Below are positions 13,274 through 25,190 of a DNA stretch of 64,000 bases, piece by piece. Made by a program: the position numbers and the translations under genes. The notes under the pieces are model-generated. The model was not told the DNA's origin. It worked only from the letters and a program-made list of their open reading frames with translations, and ran no database searches. The DNA lies in assembly GCA_028534125.1 (NCBI GenBank), contig CM052818.1, positions 31,684,001 to 31,748,000 of the forward strand, in the 5' to 3' direction. How positions within the stretch are numbered: the first letter of the stretch is position 1; every line of letters begins with the position of its first letter. Source of the DNA: Lama glama (taxonomy: Eukaryota).

Positions 13274-13387
13274 CGCGGGTCTCGCGGGTCTCGCGGGTCT
13301 CGCGGGTCTCGCGGGTCTCGCGGGTCTCGCGGGTCTCGCGGGTCTCGCGGGTCTCGCGGGTCTCGCGGGTCTCGCGGGTCTCGCGGG
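13274..13387 (+). repeat. perfect 9-bp tandem repeat (GGGTCTCGC)x12 plus partial units
   Basis: 12 identical units counted from 13277 to 13384, with CGC before and GGG after. Confidence 0.98.
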
Positions 13388-13515
13388 GCTGCGGCGGCTG
13401 GCGCGCGTCTTCTGGTCAGCAGAGGGCAGGACGCCGGGGAGGAGGTGGACGATGTCTGAGGGACCCTTGGACGTTGGCACCCATGACGTTGGAAGAGCCC
13501 AGGGGCCGAGTGGAG
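13388..13515 (+). other. candidate first exon of an unidentified plus-strand transcript (5' boundary unknown)
   Basis: consensus donor GAG|GTGAGT at 13515/13516 inside the CpG island, downstream of the GC box and repeat; ATGs at 13452 (MSEGPLDV...) and 13483 (MTLEEPRGRVE) match nothing I recognise. Confidence 0.4.
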
Positions 13516-14329
13516 GTGAGTTGCCCAGGTCGCTGGAGAGAGCCCTCATCTCCTGAGGCCGACGACGCGTCTGAGGGGAGTGCAGGCTGCCAGGGAGGAA
13601 CGTTCTAGAACATAAGGTCGTTGCGAGGGCCTAGGCATCTTCCTCTCTCTGGCCAGAGCTCCTGGCAGGGCTCAGCAGGCATGTCTGAGCCGAGTTGCTG
13701 GATAGGGACGTTGGTAGCCTGTTGGCCTCTGCTGTTGTTTCGCGGCCCTAGTTGGCGAGGGCACGGGGATCCTCGCCGCTGCCTGTAGGGACCGGTTTGC
13801 TCCTTGTAGAAGTGTATCCGCTATGCGAGCAGCTTCCCGAAGCTCCAGCTGTGCTCTGCAGGGGCCCGGGGCCTGGGTCTGGGCCGGCCTGGTGGGAAGG
13901 TGGCGAAGGTGGCCCTACCAGTGGCTACGAGGCTCCCCACTGTAACATGCGACACTCCGTTCTTACCTTGTTAAGATTTGCGTCCTATTTACAGTGGACG
14001 CCACTGGAAGAGAACCTGCACCAGCACCCGCCCACACGTCCACCCTCCCACTCTGTCCCCTCAGCTTCCTCCTGCCTCCTGGTGTTCTCAGTGTAATCTT
14101 CAGGTTCCTAAATGTGGTTGACTTCAGCATTCTATCCTGTCTCCTCGTGTCTACTCCGGGCGTGGCTTCTACAGCTGCCGTCTTTGCAGTCTGATTCCTC
14201 CTCCATCATCGTTTTCCTCTTCACTGGATTATTCTCATTAGCGTACAAACCTGTTGTTTTTTCCCTTTTACTTTTTTTTTGAACCTTGTTTTGACTCCAG
14301 TTCTCCCCCTCAGAACCTCCCCATTTCAT

Positions 14330-15903
14330 TCCCTTAATAGCAAAACTCCTTGAAAGAATTTTTCTATGCTCACATTCTCCATTTCTCTCTTACCAATTTC
14401 GCTTCAGCCAATCACCAGGAAAGCAGTATAAGCTATGAATTCTGTGGTCAGTTTTCATCCTTATCTTAACTTAATCCCTTGTCAGCAACCCCACACTCTC
14501 ATTTGCCTCCATCCTCACTGCCTGTTCCTCATCTTTTAATATTGAAACACCCCAGGGCTCAGTCCTTGGACCTCTCCTCTTTCCATATTCTCTTTGTGAT
14601 TTTCCGGTACTGTGTATTAAAATACTATCTGTATGCTGGTGACTTACAAATTTTTATCTCCAGCCTAGAGATCTCTCTTGAACTATATATGTATATCCAG
14701 GTGCTGACAAAAATACCTATATTGGATGTCTAATAGATATTTAAAATATGCCCCACACAGTTCTCCTGTCCTGAAACCTGCTTTACTTTCAGTCTTCTGC
14801 ATCTTAGTTAATAACGGCTTCAGTCTTTCATTTCCCATGTTAAAGTCCTTGAGGTCACCTTTGTTTTCTTTCTGTCTCTCACATTCCATATTAATTGTCA
14901 GGAAGTTCTGTTGGGTCTGCCTTCAAGGTAGATCCAGAATTTGACCATTCTTACCATCTGCATTCCAACCACTCTGATTTAAACCTCCGTCATCTCGTAT
15001 CTAGATTATTATAACAAGCTCAGAGCAGGTTTCTCTTTGGGTAACATTGTGTCCCTACAATCTATTCTCAGCACAGCAGCCTAAATGATACTTTAAAACA
15101 TGGGTCGTATGATGCCATTCTTTTATTCAGAATTCTCTAGAGGGCCCCCAGTCTCTTTCACTGTAGAAGCCAATGTCCATATGGTGGCGAATTAGGGTCA
15201 GTGCCATCTGGCCAGTTTTACCTTCCCTATCTCATCAGCTACCGCTTTTCTTTTTCTTTTCTGAACTCAGCCACACTGGCTTCTTTGCTTTTACTTAAGT
15301 GTGCCAGGAAAGTGCCCATGTCTGAGCCTTCGCAATGGCTGTTCTCTCTGCCTGGTATGGTTTTCCCCAGATATGCACATGGCTCACTTCCTTTCTTCAT
15401 TTAAATCTTTGCCTTCTCATTACTTCTCTGAGAAGTAATGTCACTTTCTCAGCAGGCCTATTCTTATTACTCTAGTTAAAATTACCACCCCTTCCTCAGC
15501 CCTCATTTCTGGTACCCCTATCTCCATTGTCTGCTTTTTTCTTGTTCATATCGCTTAACACCTTCTTAAATAGTAAACACCTTCCTTATTTATTTTGTTC
15601 ATTTTATGTCTTGATTAGAACATAAGCTCCAGTAGGGCAGGATTTTTGTCTGTCTTGTTCACTACTGCACACTAGACTGTTGCTTATGGCATGTAGGCTG
15701 TGCATTGCAAAACTTCCAGGTAGCTGTTCTGATAGACCCCAAGCACTGGAGTGTGGCATTCCTGGCTATATTTCTGTTAGACTACAGTGTGAATGGTTGC
15801 CCCAGAACTTGTGCCATGTAGCACCTTGGCTGTATTCCCAGGGCTAGAAAAATGCCAAGACACATGTTAGGTGCTCAGCAAATATTCATTGAATGAATTT
15901 ATT
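14330..15903 (+). mobile_element. long L2a LINE 3' portion
   Basis: CCCCAGGGCTCAGTCCTTGGACCTCTCCTCTT, ATCTGTATGCTGGTGACTTACAAATTTTTATCTCCAGCCTAGA, ending TAGGTGCTCAGCAAATATTCATTGAATGAAT. Confidence 0.88.
15665..15833. mobile_element. MER91-like hAT-Tip100 MITE nested in the L2
   Basis: GGCTGTGCATTGCAAAACTTCCAGG...AGACTACAGTGTGAATGGTTGCCCCAGAACTTGTGC interrupts the L2 3' end. Confidence 0.5.
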
Positions 15904-15904
15904 G

Positions 15905-18690
15905 AGGTTTCCTTTATGGCCTAATACAGGTTCTGTTTTTGTAAATGTTACATGTATGCTAAAATAATTATATTCTCTGTTATTGAGTTTAAGGTTCTAA
16001 ATACATCAGATAGCCAGCGTGACCATATAATTCATTCTCCAAACTATGACACACTTGAGAGTAGAAGCGGGGAGAGTAGGAGGAGAGTTACAATTATCCA
16101 GGGCAGCAGACATTTATCAGTACTGTCTGGGGCAAATTGAAGCATAGTTATTCTACTGATAGCTCAAGTTTATTAATTGTATTGTTCCAATCTTCACTAT
16201 CTTTGCTAATTTTTTGTCTGCTTGATTTATCAACTCCTGAGAGGGGTATATTAAAATCTCCAAAGACAAATTTTAATTTATCTATTTCTATTTTGATATT
16301 CTTGTATTTCGTTAAAGTCTTTGGTGCTCCTTGAACGCTTTCAAACTTTTTCATTTTCTTTCATTATAGGAAATCTATCTTTGTTTTTTCTTCAAATATT
16401 TTCTCATTTTTTTCTCTCTTCTGGGACCCCTATTTTCTAGATGTTGGCTTTCTACTATTATTTGATAGACATATTTTAAAAACCTTGTATATCTTTAATT
16501 TATTCCTGCTTGATTTTGGAACAATTTATCAGTCTAATTTTCAGACTCACCAGTTCATTTTTTTCAGTTGAATCCATTGTTCTATTTATTCCATCTATTG
16601 TGATTTTTATTTCAACTATATAATCATCAAATCTAATAGTTCTACTTTGTTTTTAAAAATAATTTCCAATTTCTGTTTTGTATTCCTAACATCCTTACTT
16701 ATTATACTTTTAATGCTTATTTTCTAAAAAACCTTGGATCATCTGTTCTGTTTCTATTTCAGATGGATATATGTTTCTTCAGTTTATTGATTTTCTTCTA
16801 AGGTGGTTGTAACTCTCAAGTGTCTATTTATTTTTGTCTCTGAGTTTAAGCACCCCTGGGGATATCATCTACTCTATTTGGTAATGTGTATTTTTAAAAT
16901 GTTTTTGTTCCCTTGCTTTTGGTGTTTTTGGATAAATAGCATTGTGATCAGAAAATGTGAATTATTTCATATACATTCCTTGAACTTTTATAGAGACCTG
17001 CTTTATGGCCTCCCAAATACACGATCAATATTTGGAATAGTTCAACAAGGGATTAAGAAGAATGCATATTCTCTAATTGTTGAGGGAAGGGTTCTACAAC
17101 TGTTCATTAGATCAAGCTTATTAATGTTTTGTTCAAATCTTCTATAGCTTTACTGATATTTGAATTTTTTATCTTTTCAGTAACTGAGAAAGGTGCATTA
17201 AAAGATTTCACTATGATGTTGAATTTATCTTTGATTAATATGTTTTGTAGATAGGTTATTAGTTGCATGCAAGTGTAGAACAGTTATGTCTTTTGGAGAA
17301 CTAAAACTTTTATCACGAGATAGTGACCTTCTTTATCTCCAAAAATGTTTTCTGTTAAATTGTAATTTGTCTGATAATTGCTACAGAGCTGTCTTTCAGT
17401 TCTGTTGGTTAATGTATGCATGGTATATATCTTTTCTCAAATATCAAATATGGTGTCATACTTTAGGTGTATCTCTTACAAATAGCAGATAGTTAGATTT
17501 TGTCATCCACAGTGACAGTCTCTTTATTTTAACTGCTGCGTGCAATCAGTTTTTCTTTTTTATGACTACTTTTTTTATACTGTATTTGCATATCATTTTC
17601 AGGCTTCCTGTTTGCCCACATTTTCACTGCTTTTCTTAGCAATCTTAGGATTCATTTAGTTTTTGTTTGATTCCATTTTGTCTATACTGTTTTGGAAGTT
17701 GTACATCTTTTTTATTTTTTACTGATTTAGTTTTTTAATAGTTGCTTCTCCTATTTTAATATATGTGTTTAACATAAAATCTAAAATTATTAAGCATTTT
17801 AATAATTTTCCTGAAAAATACGAAGTTTTTTTCACTTCAACTCCAGTCTCCAGTTGCTCCTTCATATGTTAGGGGTTTTATGTAGTATTTGTAGAAATGT
17901 ATTTATCAATTTATTTTCTCACTTCTTCTGTTTGCCATGGTTTCTTCTTCCTGAAGTATTCTTAGAGATTCCTCTAGTGAAAATAGTTGACAATAAAAAC
18001 TCTTAGTGTTTATTTATCTGAAAATGTATATAGTGTGAGATATGGTATGAGATATTTTTGGTATTTTTTTGTATGGTTGTCTAATTGCTCCAGCACCATT
18101 TGTTGAAAAGACTGTCTTTTCTCCGTTGGATTGCGTTGATACTTTGTTAAAAATCAATTAATCATATATTTGAGGGTCTGTTGTCTCTGTTCCATTCCAC
18201 TCACTGGTATGTCTATTCTTTCACTAATACCAAATTATCTTGATCACTAAAGATTTATATCATTTTGAAATCAGGAAGTGTGGCTTCTCCAACTTTGTTC
18301 TTCCTTTTCAAAATTGTTTTGGTTATTTTGATTCCCTGTACCTTTCTATATAAATTTTAGGATCAGCTTAATTTCTGGAAAAAACCCCTAAGATTTTGGT
18401 TTGGAATGTATTGGATCTATAGATGAACTTAGTGAGAAATGACATCCTAACAATAATGAGTTCTTCAGTCCTTTAACTCATTTTAAAGTACCATTTAAAA
18501 CAGCACCAAAAAAAAAGAAATAATTAGATCTAAATCTAAATCTATCAAAATAAGCGCAAAGTTGTATGCTGTAAACTACAAAATGGCAAGGAGAGAAATA
18601 AAAGAAGACCTTATTGATTGGAGAGGTATACCAGTTAACATGAAGAATTGTTAACCATGTATAAATTTGTTGATAGATTTTGAAAACAAA
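15905..18690 (-). mobile_element. cluster of ancient L1 fragments, mostly antisense, with a sense piece at ~18485-18690
   Basis: ORF 16148-16354 reads as L1 endonuclease (FGDFNIPLSGVDKSSRQKISKDSEDWNNTINKLEL); TTGCTCCAGCACCATTTGTTGAAAAGACTG is antisense ORF2. Confidence 0.85.
16015..16155. mobile_element. MER81-like hAT-Blackjack MITE inserted in L1
   Basis: CAGCGTGACCATATAATTCATTCTCCAAAC...CTTGAGAGTAGAAG; 8-bp TSD CAGATAGC (16007-16014) / CTGATAGC (16156-16163). Confidence 0.7.
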
Positions 18691-18704
18691 CCAAAAATAA
18701 GAAC

Positions 18705-19222
18705 TCTCAAGTGTTAGAGAGGTAGCAAGTGCAGATACCATTCCTAAAGCTGGCAGAGCAAAGGTAAGAAGCTAGAATTACTAAAATTTGCACACTTGGA
18801 GGAGGGGCCTCATGAAGCTGAAGTGTCAGCCTTTGGAGAGGGGGTACTACTCATCTTGTCCTGGTGGACCAGAGGTAGGGTCTTGTGGATCTGGGATCTA
18901 GACCTCTGAGGATGGGACCCAGCTGGCTGATGTTCTGAGGGTATCCAGTGAGGCTTGTTCTGCTACAGCTGAAAAACTGCAAACTGAGTGCAGCTGCTGC
19001 TGTGGAAAAGAACTCCTGCTGCCTGGGTGAAGAAATGTTGCTAAAGTGATGCTTACACGAGCAGGAAGGAGACAGGAAGCCTCCATCCTTGTACCCTGCC
19101 TCTGGCACCTCCTATTGGTAGAGCTGAACAGGGAGCCAGTTGGTAAGGCAGGAATACGGTTTAGAGTCTCAGCCACAGCATCAAAAAGCAAAATATACAG
19201 GCCTTAGCTTATAACTGGAACA
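18705..19222. mobile_element. ancient solo LTR (LTR78-like; family uncertain)
   Basis: CCTCTGGCACCTCCTATTGGTAGAGCTGAACAGGGAGCCAGTTGG...CACAGCATCA...ATAACTGGAACA matches a recalled ancient eutherian LTR end. Confidence 0.5.
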
Positions 19223-19236
19223 GTCAGAGAGCAAAG

Positions 19237-20440
19237 GAAAGCAGGTGCTAGAATATTTATAGTATAAAATATTTGATTTTATAGCAGTTGAAATATTGAC
19301 ATCAGTATTAAATGAAAGCTAGTTTTATGTAACAACTCAAAGTGGAAAAGGGTCAAGGGAGAAACCATGCATGAGAAAATTTAGGGCAATTCAGCAAATT
19401 TAGAAATGTATACAAATCACAAAAATGGAGACATGGCATAAGTACAAGCTTTCCACTAAATTGATAGTAGTTATATATAGTGAATTTAGACTTTGTAAAC
19501 ATTTTCTAGGCAAGTCCTTACCAAAGTATCCATTTTTGAAATACCATCGATTGATATGTACAAGGGTACAAAATTCTTCATTTGTGCACAAACTTTTTCT
19601 TTAATACTCCGTTTTGACAGTGAATTCTTAAACCTTTTACACAATTTTGATCTTGAATATTCAGTTCGTTTAAAAATTTCTGTATTCCTTATGTGATATG
19701 TTTAGTTGCGACTGTTGGCCTATAATCCTCATCTTCCTCTAAGTTGGACAGACACGTTATGCCTAAAGGATTGCATTGTGTGAAATAATGATGGTTTAAA
19801 TTTGCCTTATGGTGGTGATAATGGAGAAATTGTCCCTGAGAAAGAGTCATAGTTGAAACAAGTCTCTTTTCAGTGGGGTTTCTTTCACTCCTCTCTTTCC
19901 TGGAATGACACTCTCCCAGTTCATGAGGCTGATCATACTCTGTCATCTAGAATTTTTGTAGGTACTGCCATAAGACCAAATGAGGGGCCAAATTTTTCTC
20001 TCCTGGGTGAATCTCTTAAGAGTGACTCCTTTTCTACTTTTAATTGTAAGTTTCCTTTTACTTGTCCATTTATGGTAGAACATCTCCCAGGCAGTTGTAA
20101 CTTTCTTGAGCATGGTGAGAGTGCTGGAGGAGCCAAAACAGGCATTGGACTGGTGGCAACCTTATTTTCTTTGTCTTGGATGCCCTCTGGGGGCCATGCC
20201 CAGTTTTTCAATGAATGAGATACGTTGTGTTTGGAAAAGTGTAGAAATAATTTGAGGCTGTGGTTGAGATCTTCCTCCAAAGATGATTTACTTTTGTTTC
20301 AGTCAGACGATTGTGTTAGGTAAAGATTGAATGCATTTTGAAATTCACTTGGTATTGGTCTTTATGATGGTTATCACTCCTATTCCAAGGGAGTACCTCT
20401 GCTAGGTATGCACTTGAAATCCTTTTGGTACTTTACAGAG
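19237..20440 (-). pseudogene. probable 5'-truncated processed pseudogene (C-terminal coding remnant plus 3' UTR); parent gene not recognised
   Basis: non-repeat island between repeats; one minus frame runs ~20358-19705 with a 115-codon open stretch (also open antisense) and stops that are mostly TGA in Arg-like contexts; followed by ~450 bp of AT-rich UTR-like sequence. Confidence 0.5.
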
Positions 20441-20849
20441 TACTGGGCTCCACTGTTGATCTTCCCAGACCTTGAGACTACCAAAAACTGCTCAGTTTCT
20501 CAACTTCTTTGTTGTCACTTTCAGCAAATACTGTGAGAGGAAGAAAACATAGCTGTATATGTGACTCCCATCTCTATGCTTTCTTCTCTCGGAGGTCTAG
20601 GTTCAAGTTCTCACTGTTTTGGTAGCTCTCTGATTTTTGAAAACATCTTTTTCCATAACAAATGTATTCTCCTGCTTTTTAAATAGTCTTCATAGAAGAC
20701 TTGGTCTGATATGTGCCAAGGTTTAAGCAGAACTTACTCAGTTTTTGAGTTCAATGATTGCATTTTAATTTCTAGAATTTCTGGATCTTTTTCAGATATT
20801 CTAGATCATTTTTTAGAGGCTGGAACATGATTCTTACTCCCTTTGTCAT

Positions 20850-21370
20850 AAAATGTATATGTATGTTTTATCACAGTATAAATAATATAAAATAAAATAC
20901 TGAAATCTTAACAGTATAGTTTAGTAAGTTTTGACAATTGTATATCCTAACCTCTCTCCTACTCAGTCTTAATCAATATATAGAATATTGTAATAATTCT
21001 AGAAATTCCCTTCTGTATCTTTCCAATGAATTCTCCTCTTCTGCCCCAGATGTTCTGATTTTTACCACCCATAGACTAGTTTTGCCAGGTTTTAAACTTT
21101 ACATAAATGGAATCATACAGTATGTATGTGTGGCTTTTGTATCCACCTTCTTTTTCTCAGCATTATTTTTTGAGATTTATCCATGTTGTATTTAATTCGT
21201 TTAATTCATTTCCTTGTTATTGTTGAGTAATATTTCGGTAGATGAGTATACCACAATTTGTTTATCCATTCTCCTATAGATGAACATTTGGGTTGTTTCA
21301 AGGTTTGGCCATTATTAATAAAGCTGCCATGAACATCACTGGACAAGTGTTTTTGTTGACCTATGTCCTC
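20850..21370 (-). mobile_element. old L1 3' UTR/ORF2-end fragment (L1MC/MB-like)
   Basis: ATACCACAATTTGTTTATCCATTCTCCTATAGATGAACATTTGGGTTGTTTCAAGGTTTGGCCATTATTAATAAAGCTGCCATGAACAT. Confidence 0.85.
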
Positions 21371-22725
21371 TTCTGTTTTTACTTACTTTGTATTTTCTGT
21401 CTGATAATTTTACTATCTGAGTCATTTGGGATCTAAATCTTTGCTTTTTTTGTTCATCCTTTCCTGGTGGTTTGTTTTTGTGTTTTTGGTAATTTTTGAT
21501 TTGATCATATTTTGCTGACTATGGGAATCCTGAGGGGTTTGAGCAGTTTTGTATTTGCATCTGCCAGGTACCCAGGGTAATTTTTACTAAGAAGCACTTG
21601 AAACTAATTTTCCCTTTGGGGTTCCCTGAATATTGCTAGTGTATTTTCAAATCTCTCCTACGGGAGGAAAGACTTAGCTTATAATTCCCAGGGAGCCTTT
21701 TTTTTTTTTCCAACTCTGCGCTGTGGTTTGAGATAGGTTTCCTTGTCAGCTCCCACATTAGCATTTTTCCCCTAGCTCACCCCTCTGCAAAGGTACAGCT
21801 CTTCAGAGATCCTGGATACATGCGGAGGTCTCACTTCCAGCCTCCACCTTGGGTCTATCAGCACCTGGTCCTGGATCATCCATGGGACTGTTAAAACAGG
21901 GCTTCTGGCTTCTGGACAGAGAACCCAGGGCAGCCAATGGAGCTCTTATCAATCTCCTTTCAATTACCCCTTCATTTTTAGACCTTGTGAATTTCCCTTA
22001 CTTTCCTATGAGCATTCAAAAGATGTTTGTTATATCTATCCCATACTTTTAGATATTAATAGTGCAAACTCCTCTCCCCTACTGCCTATTCCCTGACCCA
22101 GAGTATATCTCTGCTTCATGTTTTCCATTTCCAGTATTCCTGTTTTTGGAGTGAGTAGCAAGCCTGCTTGTTCATGTAATCCTGCATTGTCATGGATTTT
22201 TTTGGTTAGCATTTTAGCATTTATTTCTTTCTAGCTAACTTTGATCAGAAGTGGCAGAGCTGTTTGCTACCTGGCCTCATGGAGTTTTTGTAAAGATTTA
22301 GAATTGGGCCAGCTTTCTGCTTCTTCTATCCCTTGGTGGTGTTGAGCAGAGTTCTGAGATGCCCCTTCTTCTTTACTCAAGTAATGGTTCCTGATTTTGT
22401 GATGTGTGCTTCTCCAAACCTCTCCAGAACTGTGCACTGCCCAAGGCCATTCTCTTCTTCCTTGACTTGGCCCATATGGCAGTTACTCCCGATCCACTGG
22501 GCTTTGGGGTTTTGACTGTTTCCTAGTTTCACTGAAGGTGAATTTTCCTCTCCTTTTTTCTGTCCCTTTTGGAAAGAGGTGATTTGGTGCACAAGCAAGA
22601 GCACTTGATGAGCTGCTGATGGCTAAGTCCTTGTGGATATCTAGAACAGATGTTCCCCGTTCCATTCCTTAGTCCTCCTCATGAAAGCCATGCTCCTGTT
22701 GCACCCCAGGCCTGGGTATCACAGC

Positions 22726-22755
22726 CCCGTCCCATCCCATCCCATCCCATCCCAT
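22726..22755 (+). repeat. (CCCAT)n microsatellite
   Basis: CCCGT followed by five CCCAT units. Confidence 0.95.
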
Positions 22756-23779
22756 CGTGCTCATCTGCTTCCTTAGCTAGATTAAAAACTTCGGGACAGG
22801 ACTGTTTTTTGTTCTTGTACATATAGTGTCTGAGATGTAGTGTATGCATCAGAAGTATTTATTTACCAAATGACTTGGGGATCACTCAGAGGCTGTGTTT
22901 CAGCATTTGGGGCTCCAGATGTGGGACTGTAGATACCCACCCCCATATCTAAAGCATCTCCCTGGGTAAGTTCTGATGTTGTGATGTTAAGGAATGACCA
23001 CTTACCTTAGGACCAGGAGACCTGGGTTTTTGTAGATAAATATGTTAATCTTATTAACATTAGGTTGTAGTGAGGATCAAATGAGGCAATAAATGTAAAA
23101 GTGCTTTTGAGACTGTCAAGCTCTTTCTTTACAGCTCTCATCATGGAAAAGGATCTGTGTGTTTCACAGAGATTAGCTAATTCACCCACTGTTACCTAAC
23201 ACTAACCATCCCTCAGCTTGACTTTTCCTCCTCAGTTGGGAGTCAGCCTGTCTCTTGTGCCCTGAACAAAAAGGGAAGTTGTTGAGAGTGATTGCCATGA
23301 CCACTGGGTGTCACTCTTGACCTTAAAATAGTTTATTATCCCCCACCCTATACATTTTCCTCTTCCTGTCAGCCTTGGTTCTGGGCATTGAGTATGGCAG
23401 GTTTTATATATCCCATGTATTTTCAGGATGTGTCCTTATAGTTTTTAAATTCCTAGCAGCAACACTTGGAGCCATCACCCAGCACTCATTTAGGCCTTTG
23501 CTTTCAGGTAGAGGGTGCTTGTGCAATTCTAATTGGTTTTAATTTTCATCTAACCAGTGTGTAACCAGAAAGGTATACATGTGGCCAAAATATTCATAAA
23601 TTGGATTTTAGGGCCAAGAGTCAGTAAATTTTTGGAAGTCATTACATTTGGAACTGGTCATGGTAAGTCCTCTACCATCTTCCTCTTCAGATTTTTTTGC
23701 TGTTAAAAAATGTTTTAAAACCGCTGCCTCAGGGTGATACAGTTATTCTAATAGCAGAACAAAGAAGGGAAATCTCTGA

Positions 23780-25190
23780 CTTTACCTACACCAGGGTCTT
23801 CCAGATGGATGAAACCAATGACACTCCAGTTTAGCTTTTATCTTCTTTGAGCTCTCCGAGGACATTTTCTCTGTTGATTACTCACCCCTTTCAAAAACTC
23901 TCCCTCAACTTTAGCTCACAGTTTTCTCCTGGTGTACTTTCTAGTTCTCTAGTTGCTTCTTCTCAGCTGGCCTCCTGGGCTCCTCTGCACCCATGGTCTC
24001 TCACTGTTCTCCCAGGGTGCTGTTGTTGGCTTCTGTTCTGCTCTTTACAGTCTCCTCACTCACTGGTTCCAAATCCATATTATATATCCAGAGCTCTGCC
24101 TATTGCCATCTCTACCTGGATGTCCTGAAGGACACTGCTTTAAAAAGTAGTTTCATTGAAGTTCATTCATTTTAGGTGTACAGTTTTATGAATTTAGGTA
24201 ACCACCACCTCAGTGAAGATACGGGCTTTAGAAAAATGTACTCTGTCACTCCATAAATTTTTGCCATGTCTTAGCCTTGGTTCTCAGTATTCTCTCACCT
24301 TAAAGTTTCTTTGTGGTCATTTGCGGTTGTCCCCTGCCCTAACCCTTAGCTCCTGGCAACCACTGATCTGCTTTCTGTCACTGTGTTGTTTTGCCTTCAC
24401 TAGAAGTTCATGAAAATAGAATCAGGTGGTACATAGTCTTTTGTGTTTGACTTTCTTTCATTTAACCTAATCATCTTGAAATGTGCAAGAAACAAGCTCA
24501 TCTCTTGTTCCAAGCCTTGTTTGGGATTCACCCTGTTATTGAAGCCAGAAACCTGGGTGTCATTCTACTGAGATGCCTTCCTCTCATTCATTGTCTCCCC
24601 TATACCCCAACATCCTGCCTTGTGCAAATTAATCAGGAGGTCCTAGAGCTTCTTTCTCTTCCATATCTGTAAGTTTACCCTTCTCTTCATTCTCAAGGTC
24701 GCTGACTTAATTGAGTTTCCACTTATTGCCTCTCCTAATTGGTCTTCATGTCTCCAGCTAAGGACCTCTTCAGTCTGCCCTTTTCACAACCACCACTGTG
24801 AACTTCTACAACACAAATCTTATTCTACTACTTCCCACTTTAGTGGCTCCCCATGGCTTCTTAGCTTAGCAAATGCCACTCTTCATGATTTGATTTATTT
24901 CTGCCTAAATCTCTATGTCTTATTTTTCAGAAATTCCTTAAGTGCAGCCAATACCCAGCCATTACTTGTGATTTTCTTGCAAAAACTGTGCTCACTCATG
25001 CCTTTGCACATGCTGTTCCCTTGACCTATGATGCCCTTTTCCTTCTCCTTCATCTAGCTATCTCCAAATCATTTTTTAAGAGCCAGCCTGTATGACTCCT
25101 TCTCTGCCATACCTTCCCTAGCCACAGCCCCAGAATGGGTTAGGTGTTTCTCAGTTATTGCATTTATCATCAGTCATATCATTGTATCAG
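23780..25190 (+). mobile_element. L2 fragment interrupted by an antisense L1 3' fragment (~24135-24475)
   Basis: GAAGCCAGAAACCTGGGTGTCATT and GCCTTTGCACATGCTGTTCCCTT (L2); CTGGCAACCACTGATCTGCTTTCTGTCACT (L1 3' UTR). Confidence 0.75.

Larger units (their letters stand above)
12990..14170. promoter_or_regulatory. CpG island, probable promoter
   Basis: only CpG-dense, GC-rich stretch in an otherwise CpG-depleted window; GC box GGGGCGGG at 13266-13273; strong splice donors nearby. Confidence 0.8.

Noticed and set aside
13274..13387. CRISPR-like array
   Set aside because: Head-to-tail 9-mers with no spacers, no cas genes, and a mammalian context; it is a tandem repeat.
13131..13608. Four overlapping ORFs (AGL, GSR, VSR and PAR repeats) as protein-coding genes
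   Set aside because: Their length is explained by the stop-free GC-rich repeat; most have non-ATG starts and no recognisable domain.
19853..20218. 121-aa plus-strand ORF
   Set aside because: Best explained as the antisense shadow of the minus-strand coding remnant.
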